This document shows positions 12,390 to 25,620 of a stretch of DNA of 64,000 nucleotides, one piece after another. This DNA is from Narcine bancroftii (lineage: Eukaryota). Position 1 is the stretch's first letter. Each line of letters opens with the position of its first letter. The DNA is taken from contig NC_091469.1 in the NCBI RefSeq assembly GCF_036971445.1, positions 280,364,001-280,428,000 on the forward strand, given 5' to 3'. The notes beneath the pieces were generated by a model. The model was not told the origin of the DNA, did not search any database, and was given only the letters and a program-made list of their open reading frames with translations. The position numbers and the translations under genes are program-made.

Positions 12390-12655
12390 TGAATCTATGG
12401 CTATCAACCTTATCTATGCCTTTCAAATTTGTATAAACTTTTTTCATGAAACCATCAGTTCCTGACGCTTCAGAGAAAACAAGCCAACTTTATCCATCCT
12501 CTCCTTCCAGCTAATTCTCTTTAATCCAGGCAACATCCTGGTAAACATCTTTTGTACACTATCCAAAGCCTCCACATTCTTCCACGAATATGGCAACCAG
12601 ATCTGTACACAACATGGAAACATGCCGTAACCAAAGTTTTGTACACCTATTATTA
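12390..12655 (-). mobile_element. CR1-type LINE fragment
   Basis: ORF CCVQIWLPYSWKNVEALDSVQKMFTRMLPGL...LFSL is CR1 ORF2 C-terminus. Confidence 0.8.
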
Positions 12656-14879
12656 ACATTTATTACAACATAAAATCAAATTTGAACCTTAGTCCAATGC
12701 TGTTTTTCTATTTTTATTTTCAATCCAAAGATGATAGTTTCTATTTTATTTTTTGTAAGGTAGCTCCAAAATTATGGATGATGTTAATGTTGCAGAAGTT
12801 CAAACGTTCAGTGCACAATCAAACATCTTTAGGGAGATGTTAGGAAGTAAAGACCAGTTGCCAAGTAAAGATCTGTCTACACTTTTCCAATAATACTGTA
12901 GGTCTGGGCTCAGTTGCCCAACAGCAGTCTCCATTTTATCAGTATCCCAACACAACAGTGGGTCCGAGCCTTTAGATATGAGCATTTATGGAAGGGAAAC
13001 AATGCACAGCACACCATGCTCAGAGGTAGCAATGTCTTTTCATAAAGGCAGGCAGTAAAAATTAGCTGTGTAGCAGATGTCATCAACTGATTGTTATAAG
13101 CAAGAGGAAATGGGAGACAGAAATATTGATGGAAAGTGTCAGCCTAAGATAAGCCTGGCAAGTGGAATATTGAGCATGAAAATACAGCTTAGAAAAGTGC
13201 AATACTGCAGGCTATACAGAAGAAGTAATGGAGAATGTACAAGAGAAGATTTGGAAGGAGTTGATTAAGAAATGCAAAAGTAGGTTTGGATGCAGAGAGT
13301 TCACTGAAGAATTCACGAGTCGGTTGTCTCAGTATTACCCATGAAATAGCAGAAGGAAGTTCTTGAACTACTCAAGCAAGTATGGCAGTGAATGCAGGAA
13401 AAGACAATTTTAAAGTAGGAAAATTGCATTTATATTTGGACATAACAGAATTGCAGAATGTCCCATAACTCTTTATGCTCAAGAACATGTTTTGTTAACT
13501 ATTTTTTGTCACTACATAATTCAACAATACTTAAGTGTCTCTTATCAGAGTCTGAAACGATGAAAACAATTTGGGCAAACACAATTTGGGTGGGAAAGGC
13601 AAGGGCAGGGGTGGGGTACAGTGGCAGATGTGGAATGGGTTGGGGCACGGATGAGACAGGGCTCGGATGGATTTTTAAAAAGATTTGGTTGCCACTTGCA
13701 GCCCAATCCTTTAACAAATCAGCTACAAAGCATAAGCATTTAGGTTGTTGGCAAGGGTGTGGCCACTTGGCTAATGTGACGGCAGAGCCAGTGAGTCAGG
13801 AAAGGTGCTCCTTGGGCTGGTCACTGTAGGAGAATCTTTGGTTTGCTGATAATGAATTGTATTGTTTTTTAATTACTATCTAAATTCTAGTAAGAATAAT
13901 TTTCGAAGTCTTCATGTGTGCCTCAATAATTTTCTATTAAAATTTATATACCTGACCAGTGTTGAATCTCGACTCCCATGGAAAATCACATCTTGCCATC
14001 ATCAGCCATGGGTCACACAACTTCTTTTTCAATTTCCTGTTAGTTGGCTAATAGGATAAAGTTTAAAAACTGATGCTTGTGATTTCCTTCAAACGCGGAG
14101 TCTTTACCAATGTTTGAGTGTGTCACTTGGGAATTCTAACTCACAACCTGTTTGAATGCATTCTTCCTGGTCTTACATATTTCTTCTTTTTTTAAAATTT
14201 TTTTTTATTTTTCACACTATATATCACATTATTCAAGATATACACATTTCTCTTCTTGAAGTAATTTGCAATCCCTGGAAAAGAGGAGTGTTGTCTTGAC
14301 ACTGTCTGCTGTAAATTTCATGCCAGCTCATTTAATTGCATATTTTCTTCTTCTACAGATTGAATGCTCCTCTCATTTTTTGGTGTTTTTAACACACAGG
14401 ACCAACCCCTCATTTCCCTACTTTGTTCAAGTTCAAGTTTTTTGTCACATGTAACAAAGTGCAACGATAAAGTTTGCTGAGCATTCTGTGCTATTCTGTT
14501 ATGCCCATTTCCATCAGAGTGGTCATTTAAATTCTATTCCATCAACCTGTCAGGATTTTAAATCCCTCAATTGTTTTTTTCTCAAGTGCTGATGTTCTAA
14601 AGAAAATAAGTTAATTGAATCCCATTTGCTATTTTCTGCTCCCCAACCAATTAGTCCACTGTTTGTATGGTTTGCACACAGTCCCAATGTTAGATGCTTG
14701 AGATTTAACAAACACATTTGTCCACGCTGACCTGAAAGTCAAGGTCATTTTCACTCTGAGATATCTTACTTCTGAGTCTTTCAGGTTGTCTCTGTTGATA
14801 TACTGCTCATATTTCCATTGAAGAAGTCAAGACGAGGACTAACAGTAGAGGGGGGGGGGAGGGATCTTCCATCATTTTT

Positions 14880-15030
14880 TAATGATACAACATGGTAGAA
14901 GGTCTTTTTGGCCCTTGAAACCCATGCTGTCCAATTACACTCAATTAACCTACCAACCCCATATGTTTTGGAAGGTGGGAAGAAACTGAAGCACCCGCAG
15001 AAAACCCATGCAGGTCAAGGAGAGAACATT
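14880..15030 (-). mobile_element. tRNA-derived SINE, 3' part
   Basis: Reverse-complement similarity to the SINE copies at 26092 and 59379 (gaaaacccatgcag...ggagagaac). Confidence 0.6.
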
Positions 15031-15347
15031 TAGATGAATACAACTTTTGCATTCCACCACACCTGGTAATGACACTCAGCTGCTATGCATGGCTCCCAAA
15101 AGCACAAGCATGTATCAAGGACAATCCTGTCTTGACAGTAACCATCTTGTTGTGAATACACTACCACAACAGCTCTTCCTCAGAAGGATGCAGAGGTTCC
15201 TCTGCATTCCCTTCCCCTTTCTGTGGTATGTACCCATTCCTTCCAACTCTCCCCATTCACCTTATCCTCAAATGGAGATAATAGGGCTTTAAAAATTCAG
15301 TTTTTTAAATACATTTTATATCAGTATTAGAGACATTGCTAATACTA

Positions 15348-15632
15348 CAGTAAAACCGCAGTAGTTGGGATCCAAGATTTCATACCACGTTACAACCGAG
15401 GTGCGGAACAGATGCATATACGGATGCCCACGGATAATCAAACACAAATATTACCAGTTTTCGAAGGATCCGCTATCTATAACTAACAATTTCAATGAAA
15501 GAAAGCAAGCGCATTCTTTTAATATTGGTATTCTGAATTTTAATGAACATTTGCAAAGTTTGGGGTCCTCAGACACCCGCGCCATAAGCGATTCCACAGA
15601 TTAACGAATCGCATTCTAATGAGGTTTCAGTG
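15348..15632. mobile_element. Tc1/mariner (Tigger-like) MITE
   Basis: ta|cagtaaaacc ... ggtttcagtg|ta: imperfect TIRs with a TA target duplication. Confidence 0.6.
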
Positions 15633-16154
15633 TATTTTAATGCTGGAAAGGCAGCCCAGGCCAATTTCTAGCCTTTTGCATCTGACTAACAATTGAATTC
15701 TTGTGAAGGTAATACAAAGGGTCAATGAGAGGAGGTCATTCACTGGAGTTGAATGGATTTCACAAAATTCGCATAGCAATCTTTTTTAGTAAAAGTCAAT
15801 GCAACCTGAGGGAAGTGGTAAGTTGGATTCAAAACTGACTTAGTGGCTAAGAACATAAATTCTTGCCAGGAATTTTAATGATTCGAAGAGTATAGACAAT
15901 GGCATTTCTTGGTTTTCATGTCTCTGCATGTCCAAGATAGTGACTCCTAAGAACCTAAATTTGCTTACCCTCTAAATGCAGGAGTATTTAGACTTGTTTC
16001 TTGGATTAAACAAAAATGCAGCAAATAGGGTAACCATATAACCATATAACCATAACCATTTACGGAGCGGAAACAGGCCATATTGGCCTTTAGCAGCACA
16101 ATACAGAAGGACTAAAATTGGGAGTGATTGATAGTGCAGAAAAAAACAGTGAAA

Positions 16155-16862
16155 TCAAGTTCAAATTTCAGATTTATTGTCCGAGTACATTCATGACATC
16201 ACATACAACCCAGAGATTCCTTTTTCCTGCAGGCATAAACTGTACACGGTGTAAACATGTAAACAAATAAAAGAACTGGAAGCAGATAATGAATGTAAAC
16301 AAACTGATACTGCAATACAAAGAGAACAAAGAAAATCAATAAAGTGCACAAGTAAGAGTCCTTAAATGAGTCTCTAATTTAGTTGGTTGTTGAGAAGTCT
16401 GAGGTGGAGAGGTAGCAACTGTCCCTGAACCTGGTTGTGCGAGTCTTGTGGCACCTATACCCCCTTTCCTGATGGCAGGAGCGGGAACAGAGTGTGTGCT
16501 GGGTGGTGTGGGTCTTTGATGATTGCTGCTGCCCTCCTACAGCAGTGCTCCCTGCAGATGCAGTCAATAGTGGGGAGGGCTTTGCCTGTGATGTCCAGGG
16601 CTGTGTCCACTACCTTTTGGATGGTTTTTCATTCAAGGGTATTGGCATTCCCATACCAGACCGTGATGCAGCTAGTCAGCACACTTTCCATCACACCTCT
16701 GTAGAAATTTGTCAGGGTTTCTGATGTCATACCAAACCTCTGCAAACACCTGAGGAAGTAGAGGTAATGACGCACTTTCTTCATGATGCCATTGGTGTGT
16801 TGGGTCAAGGAAAGTTCCTCCAAGATAGTGACTCCTAAGAACCTAAATTTGCTTACCCTCTA
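16155..16862 (-). mobile_element. Rex1/Babar-type LINE, 5'-truncated
   Basis: ORF ...KKVRHYLYFLRCLQRFGM...LTNFYRGVMESVLTSCITVWYGN (DUF1891-like) and KTRTTRFRDSCY; 3' tail with AATAAA and ttgaa-type repeats on the minus strand. Confidence 0.75.
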
Positions 16863-17559
16863 AATGCATGAGTATTTAGACTTGTTTCTTGGATTAAACA
16901 AAAATGCAGCAAATAGAATTCAATGTGGAAAAATGTGAGGTGCTATGTTCGGGAAGGGCAAACAAAGGAAGGGAAAATACATTTAATGGAAGCTATTGAC
17001 AATGGAGATGAAGAGAGGAATCATGAATCATCTGACCATGCAGGAGGCAGGGCAGATGGTTAAGAAATCATGTTTATGTTTATTTTAATGATGAAGATCT
17101 AGAATATAAGAGCAGAAAAATTATCCTGGAACTATAATGTCTGCAACCATCTTAATCCAAATAGCAGATTCACAAAAAAAAAATACTAAGCATTCTTTTT
17201 CAGCTGCACACAAAAGTCCACTAAAATTCAAGAGTTTTCTCCTTTCCTCTAGGTTGCCAAATTGTAAATTACTATCTTGAACAGGAAATGGTGACGTAAT
17301 GATTCATTGCTAGTAATGGAGATTTATTTTATTTGCTTTCAGGACAGAGGGGAAGCTGACAGTGAGTCATGTTCATGTTCATGAACAGCTGCTCTTTGTG
17401 CAGTGAAGGTATTCCCAATGTGCTTTTATGGATTTGACCTGTGACAAAGAAGGATTGTGATCTATTTCCATGTTGTGGTGACTTGCAAGAACATTCAGGT
17501 GGTGGTGTTCTAATGTACGAATGGCCCTTGCCATTGAAATACAGGCTATGGGATTAGGA

Positions 17560-20249
17560 GGTGCACTGGCTCATCAAACTTACTCTGCCATTCAATAAGA
17601 TCATGGCTGATCTGTCTGTGGCCTCAGCTGCACTTACTCATCTTTTCCCCATAACCCTAAATTTCCCTATTTTTAAAAAATCCACCTATCTTAAATCTAT
17701 TCAGTAAGGCAGCCTTTACTGTTTCTCTGGGCAGACAATTTCACAGATTCACCACCTCTGGGCAAATCTGTTCCTCTTTATCTCAATCTTAAATATACTT
17801 GATTCTTGGGATTATGTCCCTGAGTTCTATTCTCACCTGCCAGTGGAAGCAATCTTCCCTAGTCTCCTCGTATGTTTTCATGAGATAACCCCTCATCATC
17901 CTCCTAATATAACAATGAGTATAGTCCCAGGCTACTCAATCTCTCATCATCAAATAACCCCTTAATTTCCAGTATCAATCTGGTGAACCCCCTTTGCATC
18001 ACCTCCAAATCCAATATATCCTCTCTCAAGCAAGTTGACTGGAACCTGCACACAGCATTCCAGGTGCAGCCTCATCAGTACCCTGGCCAGTTGCAGCATA
18101 ATCTCCCTGTTCATTAATTCAGTCCCTCCAGCAACAAAGGAGAATGTTCCATTTTCCATCTTGATTACCTGTTGCACCTCCAAACTAACATTTTGCAATT
18201 CAACCACAAGTATTCCCAGATCCCTCAGCATGGTGCAACCTTTCACTATTTAGGGTGGCCACCCAGATTCGAATCTGCAGTTGTCTGTAAGGAGTTTGTA
18301 CGTTCTCCCCAAACCTGTGTGGATATTTTCCAGGTGCTTTGATTTCTTCCCATGTTCAAAAGATGTTCAGGGTCAGTCATGAAGTTGTTCACGTAGGTAT
18401 ATTTGGGGGGGAAAGGCTCGTTAGCAGGAAGGCTGCATCTCTAAATTTAAAATTATATAGTAGTTTGATCTATTTTTCTTTCCAAAGTAGATGCTCACTC
18501 ACTTTACCTGTCATGCACACTCACTTTACCTGTCAATTTTCTCTCTACAGACTCTGTGTCCTCTATACTATTTGCTTTTCCACACAGTGTCCAGCAAATT
18601 TAGATATGCTACACTTACTCCTCTTTGTGGGCCTAACATCAATCCCTGCAGCACTCCAATAACCTCTGATCACCAACTAGTTGGAACACCCATCTATTCC
18701 AACTCTCTCCCTTCTATTGGTTAATTATATCCTCTAACCATGCCAATACATTAACCCAATTCCACACATCCTTGTCTTATGCTGAAGTATTTTGTGCAGC
18801 ATCTTTTTGAACACCTTCTGGAAATCTAAGTAGGCTACATTTACCTACTTCCCTCTATTCACCGCACTTGTTCTAAGAATGATCAATCATAACCTGTCCA
18901 TGCTGTGTCTGTCTGCTGGAACTATTTCCATATAGATCTCTTGCTATTTCTTTTTTTAATGATGGCTATAGTTTTAAGCATTTTCTCAAGTAAAGACATT
19001 AAGCTAATTTGTCTATGGTTACCTGAATTTTGTCCATCTTTTTGAGAAAATACTGTTACATCTTCCAATTCACCAGGACCCATTCAGAAAACTTCGACAA
19101 ATTGCCACAAATGAATCTGCTATAACCACTGAGAGTGAAACACAAAAGTCTGCCAATGCTGTGATTGGAATAAAAAGCACAAAAATGCTGGGCTGGTTCA
19201 GTCCACTGCAATAGCAGGGATCTCCCAGTGACAACCCATTTCAAGTCCCCATCCCATTCGCATGGCAGCATGTCTGTGCATAGTCTCATGCTCTGCCAGA
19301 CCGAGTCCACCTGCAAATTGGAGGAACAACACCTCAGATTCTGTCTGGGCACTCTCCATCCTCAAGTCAAGTCACCTTTATCTATCATTCATATCATGCT
19401 CGCACAGTAAAGATGAGATAGCATTTCTCCAGGACATAAATATAAGTTAGACTAGAATTAAACACATTAAAATATTAAGATGTATACAGTAAAGGACTAT
19501 GGTACACTATCCATATATGTTCTGGAATTCAGGAGCCTGATGGCTTGGGCCCAATCTGGATGGAAAGGCCCAAGTGATATGGTACCTCCTACCAGATGGC
19601 AGAGGGAGATCAGTTTACATGAGGGGGTGTGTGGAGTCCTTCACAATATTTATTGCCTTTTTCCTGCATCGAGTGCTGTAGATGTCCTTCATGGTAGGAA
19701 GAGAGCCCCCAATGATCTTGGAGGTCGGTGGCACTAATATCGACCTCCAGTTTTGGTTAGCCCCCACCACCTTCTATCCCTATTTCTCCTTTTCTCTTGT
19801 TCTCTCTCTCTTTCCCTTTGTCTCCTTTCCTCTAGATCTGCAAACACAGATCCACTTCCTCCCCTGATCAATTCTCACCTTTCCTCTCCTGTCCTCCTAT
19901 CCATGTCCAATTACCATCCTTTGTTGATGGTAATCCTTTGTTGAAGGGGTCAACCCCAAAACATTGGTTATATATCTTTACTTCCTATGGATGCTGTGAG
20001 ACCTGCTGAGTTTCTCCAGCATTTATGGGTTTTTACTGCTATAGCTGCTGCCATTCTTTTTTCATACTCCAGAGAAGCATCCCATTAGCACAGGGTCTGA
20101 TCTAACTTAAGACCCACTAGTTTTCCCATCACTACACCTCACCTTCCATTCTCTCTTTAATATTAATCTTTGGCATGTTACCTATGCCTTCCACTACGAA
20201 GACTGACACAAAATAGTTGTTCAGAGCCACAACATTTTTACATTCCCGA
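17560..20249 (-). mobile_element. Long CR1-type LINE remnant with nested SINE/Penelope/Rex1 fragments; continues at 23796-24174
   Basis: ORFs RDLGILV...LEVQQVIKMENG...LMRLHLECCVQ (17962-18246) and ALNNYFVSVFVVE (20132-20317). The CR1 sequence resumes beyond the Chapaev3 element. Confidence 0.7.
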
Positions 20250-21152
20250 TTACACTGGACAACAATTTTTTTCAAAAAGTTTGTTTCCTGAAAAAAATTG
20301 AGGATTATGATAGACAACTTGCTGATTCACATAAGGACGGAAAAACATTAAATTAACTTTTATTGTATTTAGCATGTTTAATCGTATAATGATGCTGACA
20401 CATTGCATTAGTTCAACTGAGCTAAGATAGATTTTCGTTTGTACTCAGCATCTGATGCCTCTCGTGTCAGTGTCAACAATAGTCAGCTGGCATGGATGGA
20501 TTCCAATTGGCCTGATACCGTTTTTCAATGGTCACAAAATCCTGGTGAAACTTTTCACCATGTTCAGCACTTACTGTACCTACAGACTAACCCATGTCCC
20601 TGACCAGGTCACTTAATTCTGGCTGTGTTATCAAGTGAGGATAACTAGGAATAAATGGTGCAACATCTGGATCTGTGTAATTTTTCACATCTGGTACATG
20701 CATTGTAGCATCTTCATCTGCATCATCTAGGCTCCGTGTCTCTGGTGGCTTTGGAACCAGCAAACTTTTGTCATGTGGCACTGTTCTCATGATGAAGGCA
20801 GATTGGGGTATTCAATAGATTTCTTATTTTTAGCCAAGAAGCTAGATACATCGGCCAGACAGAAGTAACAGTCCATCATGTGATCCTTCTGGTCTCAACA
20901 TATCATTGTGACTGCAAATTGCACTAACTTCTGAGAACCTCTCAACCAAGCTCTCAGGTTGACTGAATGTATTGCATAACAAATGTGAGGAACCCAATGT
21001 TTGTCTTGGTCACCAAATAGAGCTCATAGGCTTTCTTAATAAGTGAAATCATGCTACATCTTTGAATTTTAAGCGTATACTAACCACAAATGTAACAATG
21101 TATCGTAGTTGCTGCAACATTGACAAGATATTCTACTGTATTGAATATTCCT

Positions 21153-21942
21153 TTTAATGCTTTCATTTGTTCTTGAAAATTTTAAAAATCTATATACTGT
21201 CCATTTATTTTACCTTCTATTCCTCTGTGCAGAGCTTGGTCTTCTTCTTCTTCTTCTTCTGTGACTGCTCTTGGGTTTGTGTCTTCTACTTCTCTTCCTG
21301 GTATCTGTGTCTCTTCTGACTTTCTTGTTGAGCTGCTTGTCTCAGTTTGTTGGGTTTTTTTTTCATGGTTTCTTGATGTTGGTCCTCTTCTTCTGGACTG
21401 GTTATCTGTTGGGCCTCCTGTTGCTGTTTTTCTATCTTATCACTCCCTTTCCCATTGCTTTCCTCTTCCAGCTGAGAGCCCTGCTGTCGGGCATCTCTCA
21501 GCTGGTCGCGTTGTGTAGGTTCACTCCACAGCTGGGCCCCCTTCCTGTCGGTGTTTTCCTTTTCCTTGGTGTGCACATTGCGCACTTCTGTTTGGCTCAG
21601 AGAGCCATTTTTGCAGTCCCATGGTCAGGAGGTCACGACCCTGTGGGGTCTCCACTAACCTCGGGGACTGGGCTCCTCTGTCCATGGCGGGTCCCTGCCT
21701 CTTCATGCAGGTAAGGCCTTCTCCTTTCTCTTCCAGCGTCTTTCCTTCTTTTTTCCCCGTTGTTTTTGGTTTTTCCTTCTTAGGTGTCATTTTCTTTCTT
21801 TTCTCCACACCTTTATCTTTTATTTGGTCTTATTTGTTGTGTTTTGTGTTTCTTGAGCTTTGCGTTTTTTCCACTTTATTTCTTCTTTTCTGGAGAGGGC
21901 TGGTATTCTCCTACCGGCCACTACTCCATCACATGACTCCTC
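21153..21942 (-). mobile_element. L1-like element 5' end only (5' UTR plus start of a charged ORF1-like region) with 17-bp TSD
   Basis: Exact direct repeat ctgtattgaatattcct at 21136-21152 and 21943-21959. The minus strand begins gaggagtcatgtgatggagtagtggccgg and carries K/E/Q-rich ORFs (MEKRKKMTPKKEKPK...). Confidence 0.6.
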
Positions 21943-22090
21943 CTGTATTGAATATTCCTGAAGACAATAAATGCATGTTTGGACTAACCAAAACAGCTTG
22001 CTTTGTGGGCAATAACTAAAAGACTTAAAATATGACAGGAAATAACAAAAATAAGTTATATATAAAAATCAGTACATGATAGGAAAATTT

Positions 22091-23698
22091 CTTTCGTCTT
22101 CAATCTTTTTATTGGCTTTTGAAAAAATATCAGAAACATAGACACATATGATATAATGATCAGGTAAATTAAAATTATGGATAGTTAGCAGGCAGTAAAC
22201 AAGGTACATATTTTATTGATTAAAAAAAGGAAAAGAAAAAAATATATATAACTAATCTAATTTCTAACCTCCACCTAGTATATGAGCAATTAAGTCAGGC
22301 ATCAGCTACTAATTTCAATCCTAATAGTTCAGAAAATAAAAGGAAAAAAAAATTAATAAAGACCAAAAATAATTGATCTATATATTTTGAAAATAATTTT
22401 AAAAAGAACCCCAAAGAGAAAAAAATTAATACTTGTTTCAGTAGTTGAATTCCTAATTTTCTGTAGAGAAAGGAATGCCATCAAATCCGATAACCATTAT
22501 GTATGTGTGGGAGGGATAACAACTTCCCACTGCAGCAAAATGAGCCGTCTAGCAATCAGGGAAGCAAAAGCAACTACATAGAGTTGAGGTGAAGTCAAAG
22601 TTAAGTCCTTTGGTCCACTCATTCCAAAAATAGCAATAAAAGGGCTTGGAGAGAGATTTATATCAAGAATTAAAGATAATGTAGTAAATACCTCTTTCCA
22701 GTAACTATAAAGGGAAGAACAGAGCCAAAGCACATGATATAAAGTACATTCCTGATTTGTACACTTATCACATTTAGAGGATATATTGGGGTAAAATTTA
22801 ACTAATTGAACTTTGGAATAGTGGGCCCTATGGACTCATTAAATTGTAATTTCTCGCACAGAGAGAAGACGAATGCACATTTAAAAAAAATTACTCCCAT
22901 GTATCTTCAGTAAACAGCTGTTGAAAGTCATGTTCCCAAACTTTCTGGATGTTAGATAAAGAACTATCAATAGATCTTAAAAAGTAGTTCATAAGAGTCC
23001 TTTCTGATTAGGTCTAAAATTATATTCTTCCCAGATAAGATTAAAATCTAAATCTTGGGGAGGCCTCAACGTAAAGGAGTTGAAGAAACTCTTATTCTGT
23101 AAGTATCAAATAAAATGTTTATTAGGTAATTTAAATTTGGCAGATAATTGCTCAAAGGAACCAAAGTTTTGGTCTATAATACAAGTCCAAGAAAAATTGA
23201 ATACCCAACCTGGACCATTGAGTATATCCAGTGTCTTGAACCAAAGGTTTAAAAAAAAGAATTAATAAAAATCTATGATAACAAGGTGTTCTCAATTGGA
23301 ACCAAATATGCAAAGTATGTCTAACTACCAGATTATCACTTCATTTGGAGAGCGATAGAGCAAAAGGTCTCCAAGTATTGAGATAAGAGAATGTCTTTTA
23401 ATGGATTTCATCTCTAAGTCAATCCATCTTGAGGCACCTGAAAATTCATTATGATGTATCCAAATAATGATGTATCTAATATTCACTGCCCAGTAATAAA
23501 GTTTCAAATTAGGTCATTTCAAACCCCTATTTCTCTTGGTATTTTGAAGGAATTTTTTTTCAAACGGACTCTTATTTTTCCATAAAAAAGAGATAATAAG
23601 TGAGTTTAATGAATCAAAAAAAATTTAGGAGCAAATTCTGGGACAGACTGAAAAACATACAAAAATTTAGGCATGATACTCACCTTAATAATATTAAT
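22091..23698 (-). mobile_element. L1-like LINE, 5'-truncated ORF2 3' region
   Basis: Motifs KFLYVFQSVP, LKLYYWAVNIR, LWLCSSL..YWKEVF, FASLIARRLILLQW; AATAAA near the 3' end; imperfect TSD atgataggaaaattt/atggtaggaaatttt. Confidence 0.75.
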
Positions 23699-24174
23699 AT
23701 GGTAGGAAATTTTAAGGTGATTTTCATGATAAGCAGCCAAAATCCTTAAAATACACCCAAAAGTGTCCAGGAAACAAAATCATTGTCCGGTGTTATTAAT
23801 TTCCCTTTCTCATTATCTAAAAAGTTTACTTTATACATTCTTTAACACTTGATATAATGTATTTATAAAAAAAATTACCATCTGTTTTCATATTCTGTGC
23901 TAGTTTCCCTTCATAATCTACCTTTCCTTTCTTGATTTCTTTAGTAGTGTTGTTTTAGTTGCTTTTTAATATTTCCCATTCTTGAAGTTCCCACTATTCT
24001 TAGCCACGCTTTGGGGTTAGGATAGGGTTAGTTTAATTCCTTTATTTCTTTAGTTATCCATGACTGATTATCCCTACCCTACTGTCGACATCTATAATAT
24101 ACTTTTGTGGACTGTGAAAGTTCTCTTTGAAAGTCTTGCACTGTTCAACTGTCTCACCATTTAGCCTTTCTTCC

Positions 24175-24351
24175 NNNNNNNNNNNNNNNNNNNNNNNNNN
24201 NNNNNNNNNNNNNNNNNNNNNNNNNNNNNNNNNNNNNNNNNNNNNNNNNNNNNNNNNNNNNNNNNNNNNNNNNNNNNNNNNNNNNNNNNNNNNNNNNNNN
24301 NNNNNNNNNNNNNNNNNNNNNNNNNNNNNNNNNNNNNNNNNNNNNNNNNNN
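24175..24351. other. Assembly gap (177 N)
   Basis: Run of n characters. Confidence 1.
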
Positions 24352-24699
24352 CAAAAATGTTTCTGAAAATTTGGTTGCAGTAGATTTTGTAGTTAGTGGT
24401 CGCTGAAGCAATAACCTGACTGCAGTAGAAAGAGTAAATGTTAAAGTCATTGTTGGGTGCCCATTAAGAGAGCAGCTTTGTTGTGAGCAGCAGATCTATG
24501 TTTATTTCTTGAGCGTTATTACTTCTGCACTCATTCGAATGGAGAATTTTCCATCAGTCGCGAACGGTGTATTGAAAGATCTCCTCTGGTGAATGACACC
24601 ACAAATAATAAGCTTCTAACCTATTCTTATTACCACAGCATTTATGTAGCTATTTCAATTAAGTTTTGGCTCTTTAGCAATTCACTATTGATATTTACC

Positions 24700-24965
24700 T
24701 GTACAAAGCAAAGGGAGGGAAGTTTAGGGGAGACATCGGGGTACGCTTTTTTACACAAAGTGTAGTGGGTGCCTGGGATGCATTGCCAGGGATGGTGGTG
24801 GAGGCTAGAACAATAAGTGAATTTAAGAGCCTCATAGACAGGCACATGGATGAAAGAAAAATAGAGGGTTATGAGGTACACTGTTTAGTTTTTTTTAATA
24901 GGTAAATATAGGTCAGCAGAACATTGTGGGCTGAAGGGCCTGTACTCAGTAATGTTCTATGTTCC
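24700..24965 (+). mobile_element. CR1-type LINE 3' end
   Basis: ggaagtttaggggagacatc...gggctgaagggcctgtact...atgttctatgttc tail. Confidence 0.7.
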
Positions 24966-25239
24966 ATTTAGTTTTGAGGAGGACTTGAGGCCGAGTTTGA
25001 TTAACTGTTACAGTGATTATTGATTATTCAAAGCAGCATATCAACAGTGAAATCTGTTGGAATAATCAAGAGCTCCGTTTTACACTGCTAAATTCTGTTA
25101 AAGTAATATGTGGGCCCCAATGCAGGGATGCAGATTTGTAAAAGGAAGAAAACATCTTGCATCTCCAAAGTCCTTTTCATATATTCTGGTCATCTTGAAA
25201 ACAAAACTAATTTGGAATAAAATGCATGGAAAAGAGAAT

Positions 25240-25620
25240 ACCTAAAACATTCCAACAAAAGGGTTTTGACCCAAAATGTAAGCACTGTTTCTCTTTCCAT
25301 TTTGCAATCTGCCTTCTGAATTTTCTGTTTGTGCTTTAGAGTTCTGAACACCCTCCAACCAGATGGTATTAACGTCAACTTTTCCAGTTTCCATTAAACC
25401 CCTCCCTGAGTCTCTCTCTTTCCCTAATCCCTCCTTCTCCTTTCTTTCAGCACCCCATCTCCTTCCTTTTCCTCTTCATTCAGGGAGTTATTGCCACCTT
25501 CTCAGCATTTATCCTTCTACCCATACCCACTTATGACCTCTGACCTCTTAACTGGTAGCCTGTACTCATCCCCCTGCCCCTTCTGCCTCTCCTCAATTCA
25601 CCCCACCTTTTCAAAATGTA
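25240..25620 (+). mobile_element. Penelope-like element fragments
   Basis: gaacaccctccaaccagatggtattaacgtc (GTLQPDGIN, end of the GIY-YIG region) followed by a pyrimidine-rich tail. Confidence 0.5.

Larger units (their letters stand above)
20253..23792 (-). mobile_element. CMC-Chapaev3 DNA transposon, internally deleted, with pseudogenised transposase and two L1-like insertions
   Basis: TIRs cactggacaa...ttgtccggtg flanked by a tta/tta (TWA) TSD. Minus-strand translation gives DQDKHWVPHIC...FAVTMIC*DQKDHMMDCYFC...IEYPNLPS..RTVPH..LLVPKPP...LITQPELSDLVRD and EHGEKFHQDFVTIEKRYQANWNPSMPADYC, matching recalled Chapaev3 transposase motifs. Confidence 0.8.

Noticed and set aside
21261-22019. Hydrophobic plus-strand ORFs resembling membrane proteins
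   Set aside because: Antisense reading of the purine-rich retroelement insert bounded by the 17-bp TSD.
24127-24450. ORFs spanning the N run
   Set aside because: Artefacts of the assembly gap.
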